DNA of 39,797 bases from the NCBI GenBank assembly GCA_964488605.1, contig CAZAWM010000001.1, forward strand, positions 1 to 39,797, given 5' to 3'. Shown here in pieces: positions 9,051 to 22,975 of this stretch. Origin of the DNA: an uncultured Steroidobacteraceae bacterium. GTDB lineage: Bacteria; Pseudomonadota; Gammaproteobacteria; Steroidobacterales; Steroidobacteraceae. The notes below the pieces were generated by a model, which saw nothing but the letters and a program-made list of their open reading frames with translations, did not search any database and had not been told where the DNA came from. The position numbers were made by a program, and so were the translations under genes. The stretch's first letter is position 1. Each line of letters starts with the position of its first letter.

Positions 9051-11612
9051 TCAGGCGGGTTCGCCCCAGCGGATCAACGGCACTTCGAGCGGCACGCTGA
9101 CGTGCTCTGCACGCGGCAAGACCCTCGGAGTAAAGTGGCCAGCCGGCCGCTCGGTGCGCAGCGTTGCCGAGTAATGGGCGCCGTCCGCGGCGCCCGCAGG
9201 CGGCGGGACCGGCGTCATGCTCACATGGACCGCAGGTTCGGTGCCACGACCGTCGGCATACAGCTCCACGCGGACGTCCTCCGGGCGCAGGCGCCCGAGG
9301 TGCACCGCTACCTCAAAAACGAACCCGTCAGCGGTGCGCCGTGCACGAGTCGCACCGATCCGGATCTCGTGCCAGCCGTCACGAAGACGTCGCTCCCACG
9401 CCGCCAGTTCGCGGGCGCGCAGCGCGCAATCGGCGAATCGCGCCGCTTGCGCCCGCGCCGCCGGGAGGTAGCTGCCATACGCATATTCGAGCACCATCCT
9501 CGAGCTGCTGAAGCGCGGAGTCAGCCGCATCATGCTGCGGCGAATCCGGGCAATCCAGCGCTGCGGAATACCCATCGAATCCCGGTCGTAGAATTCCGGC
9601 ACGATCTGCTTCTCGAGGATGCAGAACAGCCGGTCGACCTCGTCGTGCGACGGAGGTGTGTCGGGGTTGTCGTGATCGCCGCCGTCCTCGAGCGCCCAGC
9701 CGACGTCCGGTTCGTAGGCCTCGGCCCACCAGCCATCGAGAGAAGAGAGGTTCAGGCCGCCGTTGACGAGAACTTTCATCCCGCTCGTGCCACTCGCCTC
9801 CCACGGTCGCAGCGGAGTGTTGATCCAGACATCGATGCCTTTGACGAGCGTCGCAGCAAGCGCAATGTCGTAGTCCTCGACGAACACGGCACGCGAACGT
9901 ACGTCCGGTCGCGACGTGAAGCGCACCCAGTCACGAATCAGTTCCTTGCCACGCTGGTCCTGCGGATGGGCCTTGCCCGCGACGATGATCTGTACCGGCC
10001 TGCGCGGGTCTTTGAGCAGACGCACCAGTCTTTCGGGGTCCTGCAACAGCAGATGCGGGCGCTTGTAGGCCGTGAAGCGGCGCGCGAAGCCGAGCGTCAG
10101 CGCGTCCGGGTCGAGCACCCGCGCCGCCAGTTCGACCGTCGCGGCATCCGCTCCGCGCTGCGCGACCTGCAGGGAAACACGGCGGCGCGCGTAGGCGATC
10201 AGCTCGGCCCGTTGCGTGGTACGCATCGCCCAGATTGCGGCAGCAGGCACATGCTCGAGTGGGGCAGCGACGTCGTCCTTCGGCTCCCGCCAGCGCTCGC
10301 TGCCGCACGTCTCGGTCCAGAGTGCGTCGGCGGCCGCTGCGTCCCAGCTCGGAACGTGCACGCCGTTGGTGACGTGCCCGACCGGGATTTCTGGGCGGGG
10401 CCAGCGGGGAAAAAGGGGCTGCAGGATGCGGCGGCTGACCGCGCCGTGCAGCGCACTCACGCCATTGATGCGGCCGCTGGTGCGTGCCGCCAGGAACGCC
10501 ATGTTGAAAGGCTCGGAAGCGTCGGCCGGATTGGCTCGCCCGAGCGCGAGCAGGGTCTGCGCGTCCACGCCGAACGATGCGGCGTAAGCCGAGCCATATC
10601 TTCGCAACAGATCCGCCGGATAGCGATCGAAGGCCGCTGCGACAGGCGTGTGGGTCGTGAAGACGTTGCCGGGCCGGATCGCCCACAATGCCTCCTCGAA
10701 TCGAAGCCCGAGACTCTCCATCGTCGTGCGGGCACGCTCGAGCGTGACGAAGGCGGCATGACCCTCATTGAGATGACAGACGTGGGCCTCGATGCCGAGC
10801 GCGCGCAGTGCACGCCAGCCGCCAATCCCGAGCATGATCTCCTGCAGCAACCGCTGCTCTGCGCCACCGACGTACAGCTGCGCGGTGATGCCCCGATCCG
10901 AGGGACTGTTCAGAGGGTCGTTGCTGTCGAGCAGATAGAGCGGCACACGGCCGACCCGGGCAAGCCAGACACGCAGGCGCACGGTGCGGCCCGGCAGCTC
11001 GACCGTGACCGCCATCCGTGATCCATCCGCTGCGAGCACGGCTTGAAGCGGCAGATCCGCCGGAGCGTTGTGAGGTTGCAGCTCGAGTTGGCTGCCGCCC
11101 GCGTCGACGACCTGGCGGAAGTATCCCTGCTGATACAGCAGCCCTACTCCGACCAGCGGCAGTCCCAGGTCACTGGCGGTCTTGAGGTGATCGCCGGCGA
11201 GCACGCCAAGCCCGCCCGAGTAGATCGGCAGCGCCTCGCTGAGACCGTACTCCATACTGAAGTAGGCGACGGTGCAGTCGCGCACCTCTGGCAGGTTCCG
11301 TGCGCACCACGACGGCTGGTTCAGATACGCAAGGCGCGCTGCCTCGAGGCGTGCGACCTCTCCGGCGAAATCGGCATCGGCGGCGAGTTCTTCGAGACGC
11401 CGCTGCGGCACCGTCTGCAGGATCAGCCAGGGATTGAACGTGCGCTCCCAGGCCTCCGGGTCTAGCGTGGCCCAGAGGTGGTCGGTGGTGTGGCTCCAGG
11501 TCCAGCGCAGATCGAGGGCGAGGTGAGCCAGTGGCCCAAGCGCCGCCGGCAGCGGCCGCGGCAGCAATGTGCAACCGGCCATCTGCGGCCTGATCGAAGA
11601 TATGCCCGTCAT
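9051..11612 (-). CDS. glgP: Alpha-glucan family phosphorylase (GT35 with a DUF3417-type N-terminus)
   Basis: 853 aa. The N-terminal LDLRWTWSH motif is typical of the DUF3417 / maltodextrin-phosphorylase clade. The PLP-lysine region is WEASGTSGMKVLVNGGLNLSSLDGWWAE. An alternative start is the ATG at 11582. Confidence 0.88.
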   Translation of the reverse strand: MTGISSIRPQMAGCTLLPRPLPAALGPLAHLALDLRWTWSHTTDHLWATLDPEAWERTFNPWLILQTVPQRRLEELAADADFAGEVARLEAARLAYLNQPSWCARNLPEVRDCTVAYFSMEYGLSEALPIYSGGLGVLAGDHLKTASDLGLPLVGVGLLYQQGYFRQVVDAGGSQLELQPHNAPADLPLQAVLAADGSRMAVTVELPGRTVRLRVWLARVGRVPLYLLDSNDPLNSPSDRGITAQLYVGGAEQRLLQEIMLGIGGWRALRALGIEAHVCHLNEGHAAFVTLERARTTMESLGLRFEEALWAIRPGNVFTTHTPVAAAFDRYPADLLRRYGSAYAASFGVDAQTLLALGRANPADASEPFNMAFLAARTSGRINGVSALHGAVSRRILQPLFPRWPRPEIPVGHVTNGVHVPSWDAAAADALWTETCGSERWREPKDDVAAPLEHVPAAAIWAMRTTQRAELIAYARRRVSLQVAQRGADAATVELAARVLDPDALTLGFARRFTAYKRPHLLLQDPERLVRLLKDPRRPVQIIVAGKAHPQDQRGKELIRDWVRFTSRPDVRSRAVFVEDYDIALAATLVKGIDVWINTPLRPWEASGTSGMKVLVNGGLNLSSLDGWWAEAYEPDVGWALEDGGDHDNPDTPPSHDEVDRLFCILEKQIVPEFYDRDSMGIPQRWIARIRRSMMRLTPRFSSSRMVLEYAYGSYLPAARAQAARFADCALRARELAAWERRLRDGWHEIRIGATRARRTADGFVFEVAVHLGRLRPEDVRVELYADGRGTEPAVHVSMTPVPPPAGAADGAHYSATLRTERPAGHFTPRVLPRAEHVSVPLEVPLIRWGEPA

Positions 11613-11702
11613 TGGCTGCCAACAGTGCCTGCCGGATCATGATCGGCTCTCGCCGTGCGCAATGGGAGCGGGACGCGGTCCGTAATTTCCGCAGGGGCGT
11701 GT

Positions 11703-12128
11703 TCAGACTTTGAGTTTGCGGAGCTTTTCGAGGAGCTTGAGCTGAGCGGCGGCGCGCGCCAGTTCTGCCAGCGCCTCGGCCTGTTCGATCGCGTCGATCT
11801 TGCCCTTGAGCGCCTCCTCGGCGCGCTGTTTGGCAGCAAGCGCGGCGGCCTCGTCCACGTCCTTGGCGCGCAGCGCCGTATCGGCCAGCACCGTGACCTT
11901 CTTCGGCTGCACCTCGAGCGCACCGCCACCGACGAAGAAGAACTGCTCCTGGCCATCCGGCGTCTGTACACGGACTTCTCCTGAGCGGATCATCGTCAGC
12001 AGCGGCGCATGCCGCGGCGCGATGCCCATTTCGCCCTCGGAGGCCGGCACGAACACCATCTTCGCGGCGCCGGAGAAGATCTCTCCCTCGGCGCTGACGA
12101 TATCGACGTGAATGGTGTTCTCTGGCAC
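11703..12128 (-). CDS. atpC: F0F1 ATP synthase subunit epsilon
   Basis: The track ORF starts at a TTG at 12146. The better start is the GTG at 12128, with GGGAG 6 nt upstream. The sequence PENTIHVDIVSAEGEIFSG aligns with the AtpC N-terminus. Confidence 0.92.
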   Translation of the reverse strand: MPENTIHVDIVSAEGEIFSGAAKMVFVPASEGEMGIAPRHAPLLTMIRSGEVRVQTPDGQEQFFFVGGGALEVQPKKVTVLADTALRAKDVDEAAALAAKQRAEEALKGKIDAIEQAEALAELARAAAQLKLLEKLRKLKV

Positions 12129-12146
12129 GGTGCGCTCCCTCGACAA

Positions 12147-14436
<2,290 letters not shown>

Positions 14437-14540
14437 GTCCGCTCAGCTCCAGAGAGAACGCGCAGCCGCGTGCTCGAACACGCCGCGACCTTCGTCGCCA
14501 CGAGGCGCTGCACGCCCGATGGACATCGGCTGCTGCATGC

Positions 14541-16079
<1,539 letters not shown>

Positions 16080-16114
16080 GGTGGAGTCCTTCGATGCGTA
16101 TTTCTGTGTGTGAC

Positions 16115-16654
16115 TTACTGCGCCGTCAGGGCATTACCGAGCCGCTCGATGCGGCCACGCAACGAGCCGTCGACGACGAAGTCACCGGCGCGCACGATGG
16201 CGCCGCCGATCAGCTTCGGGTCGACCTCGGCATGCAGCCGCACCGTGCGCCGCAGGCGGCGCGCCAACGCCGCAGCCAGCTGATCGCTCTGCTCCGCGGT
16301 CAGCGGCAGCGCCGAGGTGACGGTGACGTCGACCGTGTTCTCGACTTCCGAGCGCAGGGTTTCGTACTGGGCAGCGATCTCCGGCAACGCGGTCAGGCGG
16401 CGGTTTTCGGCCAGCAGTCGCAGGAAGTTACGAGCCTCCGCATGGCCGGCGGCGCCGGTGACCTCGAGCAGGAAATCGACGAGGTCGTCGGTACGCACAT
16501 GCGGATTGCCAACCAGGCTCGCGACGCGCTTGTCGGCAAGCGCCACACGGGCGCCGGCCAGCAGCGCGCTCCATTGTGCGAGCGCGTCGGCGGCGCGCGC
16601 ATACTCGAAAGCGGCGCGCGCATAGGGCCTTGCGATGGTCGCCTTGTCAGCCAC
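16115..16654 (-). CDS. atpH: F0F1 ATP synthase subunit delta
   Basis: 179 aa with a GTG start that overlaps the atpF 3' end by 8 nt. OSCP/delta-like sequence, and its position in the operon fits. Confidence 0.9.
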   Translation of the reverse strand: MADKATIARPYARAAFEYARAADALAQWSALLAGARVALADKRVASLVGNPHVRTDDLVDFLLEVTGAAGHAEARNFLRLLAENRRLTALPEIAAQYETLRSEVENTVDVTVTSALPLTAEQSDQLAAALARRLRRTVRLHAEVDPKLIGGAIVRAGDFVVDGSLRGRIERLGNALTAQ

Positions 16655-17126
16655 GGCCGATGTCCGCCGCGAGCTGGTCGATCAGCTGCGCATGTGCCTT
16701 CGGATCGATCTCGCGCTCGAGCAGCTTCGCGGCGCCGGCGACGACCAGCGTCCCGAACTCGCGCCGCAGCGCATCGCGAGCGCGGGCGCTCTCGGTCTCA
16801 GCCTCTTCGCGCGCTGCGGCGATGATGCGCGCGCCTTCGCCCTGCGCGGCCTGCTTGGCGGCCTCGATAGCCTCGTAGGATCGCTTGACGGCCTGATCCT
16901 CGATTTGTCGAGCTCGCTCACGCGCCTCGCGGAGAATGTCGTTCGCCCGGTTCGTGGCTTCGGCGAGATCCTTCTGGCCCTTGTCAGCGGCAGCGAGGCC
17001 GTCGGCGATCTTCTTCTGCCGCTCCTCGATGGCGCCAATGATCAGCGGCCAGCCGAACTTCATCACGATCCAGGCGACCGCGAGGAACGCGAGCCCCTGA
17101 ATGATCAGCGTGACGGTAATACTCAT
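16647..17126 (-). CDS. atpF: F0F1 ATP synthase subunit b
   Basis: 159 aa. One N-terminal TM helix followed by a long charged helix rich in A, E, R and K. Confidence 0.92.
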   Translation of the reverse strand: MSITVTLIIQGLAFLAVAWIVMKFGWPLIIGAIEERQKKIADGLAAADKGQKDLAEATNRANDILREARERARQIEDQAVKRSYEAIEAAKQAAQGEGARIIAAAREEAETESARARDALRREFGTLVVAGAAKLLEREIDPKAHAQLIDQLAADIGRG

Positions 17127-17211
17127 GCGCTTCTACCCCTGCTTCCAGTTCCCGGACGCGCCGCGAGGCACGGCACGCCCTCGTGGGCTTGGATCGATCA
17201 ACGGCGGCCGT

Positions 17212-18802
<1,591 letters not shown>

Positions 18803-18848
18803 GACTTGGCTCGTTCAGCCCGCGCGGGGCCCCCGAAAAAGGCCGCGC

Positions 18849-18877
18849 ATTGTAGGCATTTTTTTGCGCTGCTTCAA
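18849..18877 (-). promoter_or_regulatory. Near-consensus sigma70 promoter of the atp operon
   Basis: On the minus strand: TTGAAG (18877-18872), a 17-nt A-rich spacer, then TACAAT (18854-18849). It lies about 45 nt upstream of the atpI start, in the AT-richest patch of the window. Confidence 0.65.
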
Positions 18878-18950
18878 CAGCGTGACAACTGGGGTGTCCT
18901 GACAAATTCCTTTGCGAATCAGGGCACTGGCATTTTGTACAGAACGCGAC

Positions 18951-19922
18951 TCAGCGAATGTGCTCGAGGATGCCGTCGAGTTCCTCGAGCGAGTTGTAGG
19001 CGACGACGACCTTGCCCTTGCCGCTCGGCGCATGCTGGATCGAGACCTTCGCGCCGAGCTTCTCGGATAACTCCTCTTCGAGGCGAGCGACATTGGGATC
19101 GCGCTGCGAATCGCTGGCCGAGCCTGCGCCCGGGCGCGGCGGTGGTGCCTGCATGCGGCGCACGAGCGCCTCGGTCTCGCGTACCGACAGGCCCTTGCGC
19201 GCGACCAGCTGCGCCACCTCGACCTGCTGCCGCATGTTCGCGAGCGCGAGCAGCGCACGCGCATGACCCATCTCGATCTGGCGCTGCTCGACCAACGTCG
19301 CGACCTCGGGAGGCAGCTCCAGCAGGCGCAGCAGGTTGCTGACTGCCGCGCGCGAGCGACCCACTGCATCGGCGGCCTGCTGGTGCGTGACATCGAATTC
19401 GCGGATCAGCCGATCGAGGGCGCGCGCTTCCTCGAGCGGGTTGAGATTCTCGCGCTGGATGTTTTCGATCAGCGCCATCGCGATCGCGGCCGAATCGGGC
19501 ACGCGGCGGACGACAGCCGGTATTTCAGCGAGGCCAGCGATCTGCGCGGCACGCCAGCGACGCTCGCCGGCGATAATCTCATAGCGCGTGGCCGCCCCCG
19601 GCGCCGCGCCCGGCATCTCGATGGGCCGCACGACGATCGGCTGAACGACGCCTTGCGAGCGGATCGAGTCGGCGAGCTCCTGCAGCGACTCGGAACGCAT
19701 GTCGGTGCGCGGCTGATAGCGCCCGCGTTGCAGCTGTTCTATCGGAACCTTCACGAGCTGTTCGTCGAGCATCGCGGCGCCGGCGGCAACGGCGGCCGCC
19801 GGCCCGAGCCGCGTGCCGGCGAGCTCGCCGCCGACCGCCGGTGCAGCCCCCTGCCGATTCGCCGAGAGCTGGCCGAGCAGCGCGTCGAGACCGCGGCCGA
19901 GGCTGGGCTTCTTCTGGCTCAT
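18951..19922 (-). CDS. parB: Chromosome partitioning protein ParB (Spo0J)
   Basis: Trimmed to MSQKKPSLGRGLDALLG, giving 323 aa. ParB box GERRWRAAQIAGL and an HTH region are present. Confidence 0.95.
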   Translation of the reverse strand: MSQKKPSLGRGLDALLGQLSANRQGAAPAVGGELAGTRLGPAAAVAAGAAMLDEQLVKVPIEQLQRGRYQPRTDMRSESLQELADSIRSQGVVQPIVVRPIEMPGAAPGAATRYEIIAGERRWRAAQIAGLAEIPAVVRRVPDSAAIAMALIENIQRENLNPLEEARALDRLIREFDVTHQQAADAVGRSRAAVSNLLRLLELPPEVATLVEQRQIEMGHARALLALANMRQQVEVAQLVARKGLSVRETEALVRRMQAPPPRPGAGSASDSQRDPNVARLEEELSEKLGAKVSIQHAPSGKGKVVVAYNSLEELDGILEHIR

Positions 19923-20704
19923 GCGCGCGATGATAGCCGCACGCCGTCGGGGGCCGCAGCTTCCGCCTGCCGGTTGTCGCGGATGCCGAGGAAGATCTCG
20001 CGGAAGCTCACGTAGCTCAGCGCGCCGAGGAAACAGTAAAGCAACGGCACCAGCGGCGGCAGCACGATGATCCAAAGCACCGGTAGCACCATGAACAGCA
20101 GCCCGAGCGTCAGCACCAGCGGCAAGTTCTTGACCTGGCCGACCGCGCTGAGCCGGTAAGCGTCGCGGAACGGCAGCCCGAGCAGCGTCGTGCACGGAAA
20201 CTGAAAGAACGAGGTCAGGCCGGGAATGTTGAGACCGAAGTAGAGCAGGCCGAGCGCATAGGCGGCGTAGACGAAGATCTGCCGCATCGCCACGAGCCAG
20301 TTGTCGGACAGTTCAGTGACGATGTTGCGCTCGCTGTAGAGCGGCGACCACCATGGCATGCCGGGCCGCGCCAGCAGCAGCATCCAGATCAGGGCGCCCG
20401 CGATCGCGATGATCGCCGAGAAGACTAGCACATCGAAAGCGTGGCGCCGCAGCATCGCCAGCACCTCGCTGAAGGTCGCGCGCTGCGGACGATCGACCTC
20501 GGCGGCAATCAGGATGCTGGCGAAGAACGCCGACAGCGCAAGGATGCCGTCGACGATCGGCAGCCGCTGACCGAAGAACATCCAAAGACAGACGAGCATC
20601 ACCAGCCCCAGCCAGTAGCCAAACGCGCGCGCGATGAGGTTCGCGGCCTGGCGCATCCAGCGCCACAAGGCCCCCGGCGCCGCCTCACGCGGTTCGATGA
20701 GCAT
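19919..20704 (-). CDS. Polytopic inner-membrane protein of unknown function, located between parA and parB
   Basis: 261 aa with about 6-7 hydrophobic helices (for example FGYWLGLVMLVCLWMFFG, FDVLVFSAIIAIAGALIWMLLLA, LPLVLTLGLLFMVLPVLWIIVL). GC3 is strong and the composition is membrane-like. Its stop overlaps the parB ATG as ATGA. Its ATG at 20704 overlaps the parA 3' end by 20 nt; an alternative ATG is at 20656. Confidence 0.8.
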   Translation of the reverse strand: MLIEPREAAPGALWRWMRQAANLIARAFGYWLGLVMLVCLWMFFGQRLPIVDGILALSAFFASILIAAEVDRPQRATFSEVLAMLRRHAFDVLVFSAIIAIAGALIWMLLLARPGMPWWSPLYSERNIVTELSDNWLVAMRQIFVYAAYALGLLYFGLNIPGLTSFFQFPCTTLLGLPFRDAYRLSAVGQVKNLPLVLTLGLLFMVLPVLWIIVLPPLVPLLYCFLGALSYVSFREIFLGIRDNRQAEAAAPDGVRLSSRA

Positions 20705-21563
20705 CGTCGGACATCACCGGCGCGGTCTGCGCGGTATCGGTCTGCGGCAATTCTCCAGCCCCGCGCGGTTCCGTGACCGTGGGCGCGCCGACCTGCTCTT
20801 CCTCGCGGCGAATCATTTCGCCGGCGAGTGCGAGGTAGGCCAGCGCGCCGCGCGAGTCCTTGTCGTGCAGCAACGCCGGCCGGCCGAATGACGGCGCCTC
20901 TGCGAGACGCACGTTGCGCGGGATGATGGTCCGGAAAACCTTGTCGCCGAAGTGCGCGATCAGCTGCGCACTGACTTCGTTCGACAGGTTGTTGCGCGGG
21001 TCGAACATCGTGCGCAGGATGCCCTCGATGGCAAGCTCGGGATTCACCGAGTCACGGATCTGCGCGATCGTGCCGACCAGGGCCGACAGGCCCTCGAGGG
21101 CGTAGTACTCGCACTGCATCGGCACGAGCACGCTGTCGGCCGCAACCAGCGCGTTGACCGTCAGCATGTTCAGCGATGGCGGGCAGTCGATCAGGATCAC
21201 ATCGTAGCAGTCGCGGACCGGCCTGAGCGCCTGGCGCAGGCGCATTTCGCGGCCGACGTTCATCGTCAGCAGCTGCACCTCGGCCGCGGTGAGATCCTGA
21301 TTCGCCGGCAGCAGCGCGAAGCCTGCTTCGCCGATCTCGCGGATCGCCTCGGCCGCCGTGCAGACGCCGACCAGCACGTGCCCGGTGCCGAGCTCGATCA
21401 CGGCTTTGTCGACACCACAGCCCATCGTCGCGTTGCCCTGCGGATCGCCGTCGACGAGCAGCACGCGGCGCCGCGTCGCCGCCAGCGAGGCCGCGAGATT
21501 TACGGCGGTGGTCGTCTTGCCGACGCCTCCTTTCTGGTTGGCGACTGCGATCACGCGCTTCAT
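20685..21563 (-). CDS. parA: Chromosome partitioning ATPase ParA (Soj)
   Basis: MKRVIAVANQKGGVGKTTTAVNLAASL carries the deviant Walker A motif. There is a roughly 35-aa hydrophilic C-terminal tail beyond the usual ...ALAGEMIRR end. An alternative GTG start is at 21572. Confidence 0.94.
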   Translation of the reverse strand: MKRVIAVANQKGGVGKTTTAVNLAASLAATRRRVLLVDGDPQGNATMGCGVDKAVIELGTGHVLVGVCTAAEAIREIGEAGFALLPANQDLTAAEVQLLTMNVGREMRLRQALRPVRDCYDVILIDCPPSLNMLTVNALVAADSVLVPMQCEYYALEGLSALVGTIAQIRDSVNPELAIEGILRTMFDPRNNLSNEVSAQLIAHFGDKVFRTIIPRNVRLAEAPSFGRPALLHDKDSRGALAYLALAGEMIRREEEQVGAPTVTEPRGAGELPQTDTAQTAPVMSDDAHRTA

Positions 21564-21584
21564 GCGTCGCACTGTAGCAAAAGG

Positions 21585-22250
21585 TCAGCAGCGGCGAAGC
21601 ACGGCCAGGTGCCGCTCGGACTCGACCTCGGGAACGGTCAATCGGACCAGCTCGACTCGCCACGGCGCGGGCAGCGCGGCGATCTCCTCGTTGGGAGGGC
21701 GGCCCTTGAGCGCCAGCAGGCGGCCGCCTCGGACCAGCAGGTGACCACAACGACGCACGAGTTCGGCCAGCGGTCCGACCGCACGGACGACGACCGTGTC
21801 GAAGGGGGTCTCGGGTCGGAACTGCTCCGCGCGCACCGCCAGCGCCGTCGCGTTCGCTAGATCGAGCGCGGCGATCATTTCGCTGACGAAGCGGATTTTC
21901 TTCCGCGTGCCGTCGATCAGCGTGAACTGACGCTCCGGACAGGCGATCGCGAGCGGCAGGCCCGGGAAGCCTCCCCCCGTGCCGACGTCGACGATGCGCC
22001 GCGCGTCGCCGAGATGCGGGACTACCGCAAGACTGTCGAGCAGGTGCAAGGCGCGGATGCCAGGAAGATCGTCGATCGCCGTCAGATTGACCTGCTGGTT
22101 GCGTTCCCGCAGCGCGAGCGCGAGACGCCAGCAACGATCAAGCGCCGTCGCGTCGAGTCCCACGCCGAGCGCAGCGGCGCCGCGCTCGAGCGCCGCACAC
22201 CAGGCCCGCACCTCGGCACCGGCGGGCAGCGGGCCTTGCGATCCGCTCAT
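21585..22250 (-). CDS. rsmG: 16S rRNA (guanine527-N7)-methyltransferase RsmG (GidB)
   Basis: The track ORF (367 aa) is trimmed to MSGSQGPLPAG..., giving 221 aa. SAM-binding motif VDVGTGGGFPGLPLAI. The upstream extension is Arg/Ala-rich wrong-context sequence. Confidence 0.9.
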   Translation of the reverse strand: MSGSQGPLPAGAEVRAWCAALERGAAALGVGLDATALDRCWRLALALRERNQQVNLTAIDDLPGIRALHLLDSLAVVPHLGDARRIVDVGTGGGFPGLPLAIACPERQFTLIDGTRKKIRFVSEMIAALDLANATALAVRAEQFRPETPFDTVVVRAVGPLAELVRRCGHLLVRGGRLLALKGRPPNEEIAALPAPWRVELVRLTVPEVESERHLAVLRRC

Positions 22251-22975
22251 GTATCCACCAGGTAGGAGAACCACAGATCGAATGGCATTGGATCGAGCGT
22301 CGCGTCCTCGGCCATGCGCCGCAGTAACGCGCTGCCGCGCTGCGCGAGGCGACCCGGCCAGGGCGCTGGCGGTGATGGCGGCCAGCGCTGCTCTAGGTCC
22401 GGGCCGGCGCGCAGCGCGTACAGAGCTGCGCGCAACCACTGCGCCGCCCGCTCGGCCTGCTGCCAAAGCGGATCGGGACCCGCCTCGGCAAGGACCGGCA
22501 GCAGCGCGCGGGCCCGCTCCGCGTCCGCCGCCTCGCCACCCAGCAGCACCACGACGCCGCGCAGCGCGAGCGCATCGACATCGACGCCCGGCCGAGCGAA
22601 ACCCGCGCGGCAACTGGCGATCTCGGTCAGGACGTCCGCAATCGTCGGCACCGCCCGCGCCAGTCGCCGTGCCGCGCGCGCGCGCCAATCCGCGGCCGCG
22701 AGCAGCGCCGCGACCATGCCCGCCTCGTGAGCGCCGATCTGCGGTCCCCGTTCACTGGAATCGCCGGCCGGCGCGGGCCAACGCAGCATCAGCGCGAGAT
22801 TGAAAGCCGCCTGCGGCGGATCCAGCTCGTGCGGCAGTCCCGGCAGGCGCGCCCCGCCCGCGAGCGTCGCTCCCGGCACTACCGGGCCGAGCCAGACCCG
22901 GCAAGCGGGCTCTGCACACGCTCGCAGCGCCTGCACCAGGGCCTGCGCCAGCCAGGCCCGCGTCGCATCCGTCAT
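22247..22975 (-). CDS. Hypothetical protein, 242 aa, no recognisable motif
   Basis: High GC3 in this frame. It has ATGA stop/start overlaps at both ends: with the AcuI-like gene at 22972-22975 and with rsmG at 22247-22250. Ala/Leu/Arg/Trp-rich with no TM segment and no signal peptide. Confidence 0.65.
   Translation of the reverse strand: MTDATRAWLAQALVQALRACAEPACRVWLGPVVPGATLAGGARLPGLPHELDPPQAAFNLALMLRWPAPAGDSSERGPQIGAHEAGMVAALLAAADWRARAARRLARAVPTIADVLTEIASCRAGFARPGVDVDALALRGVVVLLGGEAADAERARALLPVLAEAGPDPLWQQAERAAQWLRAALYALRAGPDLEQRWPPSPPAPWPGRLAQRGSALLRRMAEDATLDPMPFDLWFSYLVDT

Noticed and set aside
14437-14540. 104-nt atpA-atpG intercistronic spacer with several small hairpins (CCGAT-GTCC-ATCGG, GCGAC-GAAG-GTCGC).
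   Set aside because: The stems are short (5 bp), as expected by chance at this G+C level. It probably just reflects intercistronic mRNA structure, and nothing points to a distinct element.
18951-22250. Search for parS (TGTTTCACGTGAAACA-like) sites and DnaA boxes (TTATCCACA) around rsmG-parAB, to test whether oriC is here.
   Set aside because: Reading by eye, I found no 16-mer close to parS. The only DnaA-box relative is a weak one (GTATCCACC at about 22251, inside the rsmG/hypothetical gene junction). There is no AT-rich unwinding region either. A pattern scan is needed for certainty.
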